From NCBI GenBank assembly GCA_916439065.1, contig CAKAGD010000001.1, positions 61,778-125,777 of the forward strand: a DNA stretch of 64,000 nucleotides, given 5' to 3'. Each line of letters begins with the position of its first letter. The first letter of the stretch is position 1. The position numbers and the translations under genes are program-made. Source of the stretch: an uncultured Catonella sp. (lineage in GTDB: Bacteria; Bacillota; Clostridia; Lachnospirales; Lachnospiraceae). Below, in pieces: positions 23,924 through 33,431 of this stretch. The notes under the pieces were generated by a model that did not search any database, was not told where the DNA came from, and worked only from the letters and a program-made list of their open reading frames with translations.

Positions 23924-24851
23924 AAATTTTAATTTGTCGAGTTATATGAATCAGCTAATTTGACGCAAAAACTGATAAATGTCCAGACTCGCTCCGGCAT
24001 CCGCTTCACTACGCCTGATGCGCTCGCTTTTTGGCAGTGACTCGCACTTTGCAAGGTGCGAAGCAGCGAAGCAAGGTGCGTTAGTCCTGCCTATATAATA
24101 GCTGTCCGCAATTGACGAGTGCGAAGCACGAAGTCAGAGCGGAAACAGCGAACTATGCGGCATTATCAGTTTTTGCTGTCATCTGTTATCTATCCCCACA
24201 GTGACGCTCCGAATGATAACATTTCAGACTCGCTCCGGCATCCGCTTCGCTCCGCCTAATGCGCTCGCTTAGAATTTATCATTCGGAGCTGGCACCTTAA
24301 ATTTATACAAATAATAACTAGAATACCAAATGAAAGGCAGCCACCCACACCTGCCCCCTTGTGGCTGATGTGTTTGTTTGTGCCGACTTATCAATCAAAC
24401 AGCCTGAGCTGATAATACCGCATATTTCACCAATTGTTTACAGCTCTAATATAAATAGGACTATTCACTTAGATTTCAGTTCAACAGCCGGAACTAATAA
24501 TGCCGCATAGTTCGCTGTTTCCACTCTGACATCGTGCTACGCACTCGTCACTCGTGGACAGCTATTATATAGGCAGGACTAACGCACCTTGCTTCGCTGC
24601 TTCGCACCTTGCAAAGTGCGAGTCACTGCCAAAAAGCGAGCGCATTAGGTTTTTCGTCAACAGAACTATTCTAAAACAGCTTCGTTTAGAAAAACCGGAG
24701 CGAGTCTGGACATTTATTAGTGAAGGCGTCACTTTATTGGCTAATCGAAATATTATGCACTTATATTTTTAGCAATTGCTTAGCTGGTATGCTATCAGCG
24801 AAGGCGTGGCTTAGTAAGTTAACAACACATCAGCCCTACAAATTAGAATTT
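23924..24851 (+). repeat. Modular palindromic element, copy 3 (928 bp, four modules, one nested)
   Basis: Left aaattttaatttgtcgag, right agccctacaaattagaattt; modules at 23961-24181, 24202-24294, and 24397-24810 enclosing 24483-24731. Confidence 0.92.
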
Positions 24852-24915
24852 GTTTGGTGCTTGGTATATAATTATGAGTGAGAAATTTACTTAACTATCA
24901 GGAGGTATAAGAAGT

Positions 24916-25344
24916 ATGCTGCTAGATGACGAAAGATATGAAGCCATTATAAACTATGGTAAGGAGGCTATAAATAAGCTAAATGCTAACGAATTAGAAG
25001 AAGGTTTTGCTTTAGCTGAACAAGGGTGGAAGGCATTTCCGGAATCAGGAGCAAAGTGGAATCAGGGCTACAACTATGCTAAGATGTTTTTTGGTCGTGC
25101 GCTTCAAAATAACAATCTGAATTTTGTTAAACTTTGGTTAGATAGAATGACAGAGAATAACGACACCTTACATTTGTTTGATTTTGAAATTGATCATATG
25201 AAAGCTAAATATGAATTTGAAGCTGGAAATATGGATGAAGCTTTTCATATATGGGATAATCTTGTCAAACAAAAAGGCGTTAAGTATAGATACTTCGAAT
25301 ATGACGATCCAAAATATTTGGAATTTTACAAGTCAAAAAAATAA
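24916..25344 (+). CDS. Helical (TPR-like) hypothetical protein, candidate immunity protein
   Basis: Intact ORF with AGGAGGT RBS; helical-repeat pattern; C-terminal FEYDDPKYLEFY. Confidence 0.65.
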   Translation: MLLDDERYEAIINYGKEAINKLNANELEEGFALAEQGWKAFPESGAKWNQGYNYAKMFFGRALQNNNLNFVKLWLDRMTENNDTLHLFDFEIDHMKAKYEFEAGNMDEAFHIWDNLVKQKGVKYRYFEYDDPKYLEFYKSKK

Positions 25345-25391
25345 GAGTCTAACTTCATGCAATAAGGCAAATCAAAAATAGAGGGAAATAT

Positions 25392-25976
25392 ATGTTAAAA
25401 GAAAAATCTATGTCAAAGCAGGAAAAGTATATGGACTGGGATAATATGCGTTCAAGCTTAGAAGCCTTGTTTGTTTTAGATAATGCTTTAACTGAGCCGG
25501 AAGATGATGACATTAGATTGGTAAGAAAGTACGAGGATAAAGAAACTGTTAAATACATTGTGGATAACGGTGTGGGAGATATATTAACAGTAATATTTAG
25601 TGAAACTGCGGTCTTGGTAAAAGGTTTTGCTCATGAAAACAGTTTGAATCAATATGCTGCTGATGAATGGAATCAGAGTATTATAGACAAGATGTATTAT
25701 GGCTTAGATGAGAAATTGAAGAATCTTTTTACAGATGATGAAATGAAAGAAACAACATTTTTCATCTGGTATGACGGCGAAGTTCATCAAAATCAGATAG
25801 AAGGAAATGATGGAGGACGCTGGTTACTCGGATATGCTTTCGATACTTATGAGAGATTTGAGGAGTTTGCTACAGACTACTATGATATTGAATTTGATAA
25901 TGATTTACTTAGGCAATTATATACTTGTTCCAATTTGTCAGAATTAGAATTGTCAAAGCTAATACAGGGGGTGTAG
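25392..25976 (+). CDS. Hypothetical protein, trio gene 1 copy B
   Basis: Paralogue of 21143-21733. Confidence 0.8.
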   Translation: MLKEKSMSKQEKYMDWDNMRSSLEALFVLDNALTEPEDDDIRLVRKYEDKETVKYIVDNGVGDILTVIFSETAVLVKGFAHENSLNQYAADEWNQSIIDKMYYGLDEKLKNLFTDDEMKETTFFIWYDGEVHQNQIEGNDGGRWLLGYAFDTYERFEEFATDYYDIEFDNDLLRQLYTCSNLSELELSKLIQGV

Positions 25977-25982
25977 ATAGCA

Positions 25983-26375
25983 ATGGCTGTAACACTGTAT
26001 GTTCACTTGAATGAAGAAAAAAATTACAAATTTGATCTTAAGAAATTTAATGAAGATATTGATGCAAAATATCCCGGCACTAATATTGAAGTAAGTAATA
26101 CTGCCAGAACTTATGACATTTGCTGGGAGAACTATTCAGGACCATATCAATTTGAATTGAGAATGGATAGAAATCGCTGTACATTTGCAATAGAATACTT
26201 TAATTCTGATGACGAGTTATACGAGTTTGCAAGATTCATAGCTTGGCTTAGAACTTATTTTGATGAAGATAAGAATGTGATATTGCTTTATGAGACGGAT
26301 TGTTCACAGCTTAACTTATCCTGTGATAAGACAATTGATGATATAAAGAAATGGCTGGAAGAAACTTTTGGTTAA
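25983..26375 (+). CDS. Hypothetical protein, trio gene 2 copy B
   Basis: Paralogue of 21740-22132. Confidence 0.8.
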   Translation: MAVTLYVHLNEEKNYKFDLKKFNEDIDAKYPGTNIEVSNTARTYDICWENYSGPYQFELRMDRNRCTFAIEYFNSDDELYEFARFIAWLRTYFDEDKNVILLYETDCSQLNLSCDKTIDDIKKWLEETFG

Positions 26376-26443
26376 GTTCTATTTGATAGAGGGGAAAGTA
26401 TAGCTTTAGGCTGGCTTATTTTAGTATCATAAGAACTATAAAA

Positions 26444-26459
26444 TGTTTCACGTGAAACA
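26444..26459. promoter_or_regulatory. parS site
   Basis: Perfect TGTTTCACGTGAAACA. Confidence 0.92.
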
Positions 26460-26588
26460 TTTTAATTCAAATACAATTGCTATTGATAAAATTATCGATA
26501 GACAAAACTCAGAAAAAGCTTACTTATGTAAAAACTATATTTACAATTGTAGGCATTATAGTGAAATAAAAGAAATTAAAAATATCAA

Positions 26589-26605
26589 TGTTTCACATGA
26601 AAACA
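26589..26605. promoter_or_regulatory. Variant parS site
   Basis: TGTTTCACATGAAAACA (one substitution, one extra A in a homopolymer). Confidence 0.6.
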
Positions 26606-26623
26606 TTTTTTGGGGAGGTTGTT

Positions 26624-27437
26624 ATGAGTATATATAATTGGATTCAAAAAAACAGTATTTAATACATATGAAGAATGGCTCTTGAAAGATCCAGGCAATA
26701 ATAGTAAAGGTTTCCATATTGATGGTATCAACAATACACTTAAGGCTATGCAGGATGGATATTTTTATTATGGAGAGATACATCCACCCTATGCGATAAA
26801 AGGTTGCACCTTAATGAAGGCTGTCGTCGCAAAGAATAAAGACTATGTAAACTTATACCTTGTAATAAATAGTAAAAAGTATTGTATCTATGATTTAAGC
26901 TACGATGATACAATAAAAATAATGAGAGCATTTGTACAAAAGGAGATTCTTCCTGATGAGAAAACCTATGTAGAGGTTGTGGAAGATGAAGACGAAAAGG
27001 TTCGAAAGGCATTTGCGGAATTATCGGAACTTTTAATAGGAGATACTAAGCTTGCAAGGAAATTTCTTAAGAAGGTAAAGGTTGAAAGTATCCAAGATGT
27101 TGAAGATGCATGGATTGAACTTTATGAAGAGTTATTGAAAAAGGGTAGGGCAATTGAACTTGACTGGAAAATAAGAAAAGATGATTTTATGATTGCTGTA
27201 AATAAACTAAGTACAGGACTAGAGCTTGAAGTAAACGAAGAAATATTGGATAGCGATGAAGATATTCCAAGGTGGGGCAAAATAATTAACACTCAATGGA
27301 CAGACTATGTTTTATCTGCAATGGATGTGGGTAGTGACAGCTATGTATTGATGATACTTAGTAAAGATGATTTTATAAAGGCTAAGGAACTGGCAAAGGA
27401 GATATTACAAAGAATAGCTGTTATAGAGGAAATGTAA
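26624..27437 (+). CDS. Hypothetical protein (DUF6630-like C-terminus), trio gene 3 copy B, indel near start
   Basis: GGAGG RBS, MSIYNWIQ start; paralogue of 22209-23028. Confidence 0.78.
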
Positions 27438-27465
27438 TTTATGTTTAAAAGATGTAAAGGAGGGT

Positions 27466-28297
27466 ATGAGTATGCTGGAAAAAAAGCTAGAAACTTCGTT
27501 AGGAGTAATTCATTATTGGGTAAATAACCCTAATAAACAATTAGAAATTACTCTTATATTTTTGCCTGGACTCACTGCTGATCATCGATTGTTTGATAAA
27601 CAGATAGAATATTTTGAGGATAAGTTTAGAGTACTGGTTTGGGATGCACCAGGACATGCATCATCATATCCTTTTAAACTCGATTTTGATTTGTTTGATG
27701 AAGCAAAATGGCTGAATGAAATATTGATAAAGGAATGCATTGATATGCCTATATTAATTGGTCAATCAATGGGTGGATATTTAGGACAGGTTTACGCAGA
27801 ATTATTTCCTGAAAAGCTAAAGGGTCTTGTTACAATTGATTCGCCCTCGCTTCAAAGGAAGTATTATACTGCAATAGAGTTATGGTTGCTAAAAATTGTG
27901 GAGCCAATTTATAGGATTTATCCTTGGAAAAAACTATTGAAGGAAGGTGCAAAAGGTGTATCAACTACTGAATATGGAAGAAAGTTAATGTTTGATATGA
28001 TGATGGTTTATGATGGAAATAAAAAAAGGTACTCTCGTCTTGCCGGACATGGCTATAAAATTTTAGCAAGTGCAGTAGAAAAGAATTTAGCATATGATAT
28101 AAAATGTCCTTATATTATAATATGTGGAAAAGAAGATCGTGCAGGATCTTGTGTTAGATATTTAAAAATCATTTGAGAAAAAAATACAGGAAAAGAGTGT
28201 TGAATGGATTGATAATGCAGGTCATAATTCCAATACAGACAAACCTCAGATAGTAAATGAATTGATTAATGAGTTTGTAAAGAAGAGTGTTGTATAA
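27466..28297 (+). CDS. Alpha/beta hydrolase (indels near 28170)
   Basis: FLPGL, WDAPGH, GQSMGG nucleophile elbow, downstream AGHNSN. Confidence 0.88.
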
Positions 28298-28413
28298 ATT
28301 TAATATTTACATAAGGGGTAAAATTGATAATAATAATTTAATACACCAAACTTAATTGCGTATGCAAGTGGAATAAGAGGCTTTATGATATGGCAGTATA
28401 TTTGATATTTAAA

Positions 28414-28429
28414 TGTTTCACGTGAAACA
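28414..28429. promoter_or_regulatory. parS site
   Basis: Perfect TGTTTCACGTGAAACA. Confidence 0.92.
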
Positions 28430-28483
28430 TTTTGATACAAAATTAATGATTGACTATGGTTCAACTTAGAGTTTATCTATGAT

Positions 28484-29255
28484 AAATTCTAAGTTGTAGG
28501 GCTAAAATAAGTTGCAAAGTAGACGCAAAAATTGATAAATGTCCAGACTCGCTCCGGCATCCGCTTCGCTCCGCCTGATGCGCTCGCTTTTTGGCAGTGA
28601 CTCGCACTTTGCAAGGTGCGTTAGTCCTGCCTATATAATAGCTGTCCGCAATTGACGAGTGCGAAGCACGAAGTCAGAGCGGAAACAGCGAACTATGCGG
28701 CATTATCAGTTTTTGCTGTCATCAGCTATCTAGCCCCCCCCCCGCAGTGACGCTCCGAATGATAACATTTCAGACTCGCTCCGCCTAATGCGCTCGCTTA
28801 GAATTTATCATTCGGAGCTGGCACCTTAAATTTATATAAATAATAACTAGAATACCAAATGAAAGACAGCTACCCCAACCTGCCCCCTTGTGGCTGATGT
28901 GTTTGTTTGTGCCGACTTATCAATCAAACAGCCTGAGCTGATAATACCGCATATTTCACCAATTGTTTACAGCTCTTATATAAATAGGACTATTCACTTA
29001 GATTTCAGTTCAACAGCCGGAACTAATAATGCCTAAGCGAGCGCATTAGGTTTTTCGTCAACAGAACTATTCTAAAACAGCTTCGTTCAGAAAAACCGGA
29101 GCGAGTCTGGACATTTATTAGTGAAGGTGTCACTTTATTGACTAATCGAAATATTATGCACTTATATTTATTAGCAAGAGATTAACTGGCATACTATCAG
29201 TGGAGGCGTGACTTAGTAAGTCAAACAACACATTAGCCCTACAAAATTAGAATTT
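28484..29255 (+). repeat. Modular palindromic element, copy 4 (772 bp)
   Basis: Left aaattctaagttgtagggcta, right tagccctacaaaattagaattt; same module order as copy 3 but with one ~120-bp insert missing. Confidence 0.92.
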
Positions 29256-29267
29256 GCGGAGGTATTT

Positions 29268-29771
29268 ATGTTTGATTTTAGTATACTATCTACAAAATAC
29301 AAAGTCAAAAAAATGGGAGAAGAGGATGTGGCAAATATTATTAATTTGTTATCCGGAAATCCATTATATTTTGAGTATTGTCCACCAAAACCAAGCATCG
29401 AATCTGTACTCAATGATTTGAGGGCACTACCACCGGGGAAGAGCTTAATAGATAAGTTTTATCTGGGATTTTTTAATGATAATCAGCTAGTGGCAGTGAT
29501 GGATTATATCGTATCTTTCCCACAAGAGGACACCATTTTCATAGGATTATTTATGGTGGATATTAAAGAGTCCGGGAAAGGAATAGGCAGTTCTATAATT
29601 GATGAAGCTTTAAATGTTTTTAAGCGAGAAGGATATGTAAAAGTGAGGCTTGCCTATATGAAGGGAAACCCAAAAAGCAGTAGATTTTGGCAGAAATGCG
29701 GGTTTGTTGAGACCGGAATTGAAAAAGAAAATGAACATGGAGTAGCTGTGGTTTTAGAGAAAATAATTTGA
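29268..29771 (+). CDS. GNAT acetyltransferase
   Basis: FIGLFMV...GKGIGS...FWQKCGF. Confidence 0.9.
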   Translation: MFDFSILSTKYKVKKMGEEDVANIINLLSGNPLYFEYCPPKPSIESVLNDLRALPPGKSLIDKFYLGFFNDNQLVAVMDYIVSFPQEDTIFIGLFMVDIKESGKGIGSSIIDEALNVFKREGYVKVRLAYMKGNPKSSRFWQKCGFVETGIEKENEHGVAVVLEKII

Positions 29772-29796
29772 ATTATAATATCAAAGGAGGAGGCTA

Positions 29797-30639
29797 ATGA
29801 CAAGAGAAGAAAGAGCAGAAAAGTGGTTTAGAGGTATCCCAAATGCTGAATTAATCAGCATGGAAGAAAAAATGAATATATGTGACAAGGCTGCAAAGAA
29901 GATGATGGCTGAATTTTTTGGACTGTTAGCACTAGCTTGTATTTTGCTGTTTATGATAAGTGGGGGTGAGATATTTGACTTAACAGCAGGCTTCATTAAC
30001 TATATTGCAGGAGAGAGTGCTACAAGAAATCATTATGTGGGTCTAGCCGTTGTGGGTGGGCTTATAGTCCTTCCTGTTATAATACTTCCTTTAATTATAG
30101 CCATTTTATATAAGAATAAATATATCAAATCTGAAGCTGAAAAAATTATTAAGGCTATAGAAAAAAGCAAGGCAAATGAGAAGTACAGTGCAAATTTTTA
30201 CAATAATATGGAAGAAGGCTATCTTCAGTTTGACAATTTTAATTTTAAGCTTGCAATCATTCAAGAGTTGATGTACGACATAAATGTATTACAACCTGAG
30301 TTTGATATTTATGAATTTGCAAAAGAGTATAAGGGTGAAGAGATTGACACAGAAAGTGAAACTGTAATTGAGCCTGCACTTAACTATTTTAAGAACTTGC
30401 AGATACCTAAGAGCTTAGCAAAAGAAGTCGGATCCTTTTACATGGATGGTGGTAATGAAGTGTATATGAATATTATTCCGCTGTGGGACGGCGAAGACGG
30501 ATATTTTGATTTGAACGATGTAAGCCTTGCAGAACTGAGACAATTTCCAAATCTAACAGAAGCGACAATTCTGACGGATGATTTTGATAAAATAAAGAAG
30601 ATATTCGATGCAGCAGGCATTAAGGTGGAATTATTATAA
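29797..30639 (+). CDS. Membrane N-terminal domain fused to a DUF6892-like domain
   Basis: Two TM segments, then FDNFNFKLAIIQELMY...DGGNEVY...WDGED. Confidence 0.7.
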   Translation: MTREERAEKWFRGIPNAELISMEEKMNICDKAAKKMMAEFFGLLALACILLFMISGGEIFDLTAGFINYIAGESATRNHYVGLAVVGGLIVLPVIILPLIIAILYKNKYIKSEAEKIIKAIEKSKANEKYSANFYNNMEEGYLQFDNFNFKLAIIQELMYDINVLQPEFDIYEFAKEYKGEEIDTESETVIEPALNYFKNLQIPKSLAKEVGSFYMDGGNEVYMNIIPLWDGEDGYFDLNDVSLAELRQFPNLTEATILTDDFDKIKKIFDAAGIKVELL

Positions 30640-30661
30640 TACAAGAAATAGTGAGGTAACA

Positions 30662-31082
30662 ATGGACTATATACAAGATAGGAATAGCAATATTTTGTTT
30701 AGCTTACATGACAGCAAGATAAAGAAAATCACATTTAAGGATAATATTTTAACATTGCACCTTAATAAAATATTTCAATATACAGAAGACGAAGAAAAAA
30801 TATATTCAGGAGAAGTTTTGTTTTATGAAAGTGATTTAGACGAATGTAGTATTTTTAATATTTGACAGAACAGTTTATGAAGGTGATTTTTCAGGAAAAG
30901 CCATAAGTTTAACTGAGTATATGGAAGAGTATTCAAATGTAGAGTTTGAAATTTTGACAGAAGGATATTTTGGATATTGTACAACTTATACTGGATGGAT
31001 TTGGGCAGAAGGAAAAGAGCCTGTGTCGGGAATTATGTATATTTGGAATAAAGGTGATATGGTTTATCGTATTAACGGGTAA
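30662..31082 (+). CDS. Hypothetical protein (one indel)
   Basis: GAGGT RBS; SLHDSKI motif; stop codon overlaps the left end of repeat copy 5. Confidence 0.7.
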
Positions 31083-31190
31083 GTTGTAGGGCTTTTATTA
31101 ATCAACCAAGTTGACGCTACGAATGATAACATTTCGCTCCGCCTAATCGCTCGCTTAGAATTTATCATTCGGAGCTGTCGTGAAACATTT
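31080..31190 (+). repeat. Modular palindromic element, copy 5 (truncated, fused to a half parS)
   Basis: taagttgtagggct...tgacgctacgaatgataa...ttatcattcggagctgt then cgtgaaacattt. Confidence 0.82.
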
Positions 31191-31229
31191 ATATATAAAA
31201 CATCATTTTATGAATAAAAGGAGAGAAAA

Positions 31230-31758
31230 ATGTTAAACAATTTATCATTAATAGGAGGTTCAGATGGACCAACAAGTATATTTCTGGCAGGTAAAATGAA
31301 TTTTGGTTGGATGAATGTATTTGGGCTGATAATTATAGTTTTATTTCTTATTCCAAATATTATTTACAGGGTTAAAGTAAAAAAATTATAAAAAAAGCTG
31401 TATGCCAATAAGTTTATGAAAATTTTAGAACAAATTGGTCAATATGGTTGTATGTTTCTTATGGTATTTGATTTTTGGAATGGGTGAGTTGGGATTTGGC
31501 TCTATTGAGGCATTCTTGGTTTATGCTTTTTGGAAATATTATTTTTGCTTATTTTTTTATTGGATACTGTGGATGTTATATTTTATCAAGGAAGCATATT
31601 GGAAAAAAAGATTACATTGGCAGTGATAGGCACTTGTCTGTTTCTGTTAAAGTGGAATAACAATGATGTACACTATTTTGATTATATTTGGTATAATATT
31701 TGGAATAGGACATATATACATTGTAAGTAAAAAAATAAGCCAAAAATTAAAGGAGTAA
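31230..31758 (+). CDS. Membrane protein with N-terminal IGGSDGPTSIF motif (many indels; end approximate)
   Basis: AAGGAG RBS; MLNNLSLIGGSDGPTSIFLAGK followed by hydrophobic segments across frames. Confidence 0.6.
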
Positions 31759-31762
31759 ATCT

Positions 31763-32101
31763 ATGAAAAGAGTTATTATATTATTAACCTGCCTGATTTT
31801 AATATTTAATATAACAGGCTGTAAAAAAGAAGTTGTTGTGAAGAATACAATAGAAGGAAATCGCAAAACCTATAGTGAAATGAGTGATGGCAGTTGGACT
31901 TGTGGTAATCATACATATAAAAATTGTCTTGAAATAAGTGGTAGAATACCTAATGCTGTTGTAGATACGACCTTTGTATATCTAAGTAATCTTGAGGAGA
32001 TAACTTTTGAACAGGCGTGGAAGGATTACGGATTTAGCAGTAATATGAACAATTATTTTTCTTTGGAAGATGCTGTACTTGTGGATGTTAAAGACGAATG
32101 A
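31763..32101 (+). CDS. Putative lipoprotein
   Basis: Signal peptide ending ITGC. Confidence 0.75.
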   Translation: MKRVIILLTCLILIFNITGCKKEVVVKNTIEGNRKTYSEMSDGSWTCGNHTYKNCLEISGRIPNAVVDTTFVYLSNLEEITFEQAWKDYGFSSNMNNYFSLEDAVLVDVKDE

Positions 32102-32124
32102 ACTGTGTGTGGGAGAGGTATAAC

Positions 32125-32538
32125 ATGAATTTTATAGACAAAGCATTTGCACAAAACTTAAAAGGTGATGATTTCTTGCAGGCAATGGCAGATATTTATT
32201 CAGAGCCTGAAGTATATAAAGAATTAAAAAAATATCCACGCTTTGTTGCAGACATAATTACTGTTATTGATTATGATACTACATTGCAAATGGATGGATT
32301 GGATGATGTTATAAGTGGTAATTTAAGTAATAGGTATACGGAAATCATAAATGCCCTTGAGAATTGTGGTGCAAAAGATGAAGCAGATGTTCTAAAAAAG
32401 GCTAAAGAATTATATGATAAGGATGACGGTAGTTACGATAAGGAGTATAATAATCTTAACGGCCGGCTTGCTTTAAATAATGATTATGATGGATTTTGGG
32501 ATATGGTAAGAGCATATATCGACAGAAATTTAAGCTGA
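32125..32538 (+). CDS. Acidic helical protein, DUF4375/DMP19-like
   Basis: IDYDTTLQMDGL...IINALENCGA pattern; acidic. Confidence 0.6.
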   Translation: MNFIDKAFAQNLKGDDFLQAMADIYSEPEVYKELKKYPRFVADIITVIDYDTTLQMDGLDDVISGNLSNRYTEIINALENCGAKDEADVLKKAKELYDKDDGSYDKEYNNLNGRLALNNDYDGFWDMVRAYIDRNLS

Positions 32539-32568
32539 TTAATTTATTGGGTGAGTTCGAGGAATAAT

Positions 32569-33429
32569 ATGATTTATGTTCATCATTATACAAAGGACAA
32601 ATCCGGTTTTTTTTCTGGAAATAACAAAAAACTGGATTTGAATAGGGAAATTGAGATTAATCTTGCAGAGGAAGGTACTCTAATTGGATGGCACAAGTCC
32701 TATTTAAATAATATCATTTGGGTTGCATGTCGGAAAAATAAGGAAGATATCTGCATTATGGCTTTGGATAATAATGGAGATAAAATTGCTTACACCAACT
32801 TGAAGGATGAATTTATTGACTCAGAGTTGTACTTTAAGAATCTGACTGATGAAAACGAGGTAATAGTATCTTTTACAGCAGGGCAAGACGGTTCTAGGGA
32901 CTTTTGTATTACATTGGTTAATAACGAATTTATAACAATACATAAGTTTTCTAGGAACCAGACCTATGTCTTTGATATTAATAACGATTATGTATTGTTT
33001 GTAGATTTTTTTATACAGGAGTTTTTTTATAAAATATCTAATAAAGACTTCCTAATAAAGACCAAAGAAGCTTATACAATATTTGAAAATGGTGCTTTAT
33101 CAAATGTGTGGAGAATAAATGACTCATTTGGAATATTTTCCACTACAGAGGAAAGATGGTATGTTTTTGAATTAAATACACTTAAGTTAGTTGATGAGTT
33201 GGTCATTGAGGGTTATGCAGATACTGATAATGGTGATTATTGTGGCATAAACGCTCTTTATAATACAGAAGATGAACTTAAATTTAGATGTTATAATTAC
33301 AAAAACGGGAAAGAGACAGTTGACCTGCTTGGTGTAGATAAAACATACCTGGATAAATTGATTAGAGAGCAAATTAAAAATAACCAATGTACTGTAAAGG
33401 GGTGCAACTGTAAGGGAGACGGTTATTAA
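32569..33429 (+). CDS. Hypothetical beta-rich protein
   Basis: Intact ORF of ~286 aa; FTAGQDGS motif. Confidence 0.7.
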   Translation: MIYVHHYTKDKSGFFSGNNKKLDLNREIEINLAEEGTLIGWHKSYLNNIIWVACRKNKEDICIMALDNNGDKIAYTNLKDEFIDSELYFKNLTDENEVIVSFTAGQDGSRDFCITLVNNEFITIHKFSRNQTYVFDINNDYVLFVDFFIQEFFYKISNKDFLIKTKEAYTIFENGALSNVWRINDSFGIFSTTEERWYVFELNTLKLVDELVIEGYADTDNGDYCGINALYNTEDELKFRCYNYKNGKETVDLLGVDKTYLDKLIREQIKNNQCTVKGCNCKGDGY

Positions 33430-33431
33430 AA

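Noticed and set aside
24554..24772. 72-aa ORF in the ORF track
   Set aside because: Lies wholly inside palindromic element copy 3 with no RBS; likely spurious
26443..26637. ORF beginning MFHVKH
   Set aside because: MFHVKH is simply the translation of the parS palindrome; intergenic DNA
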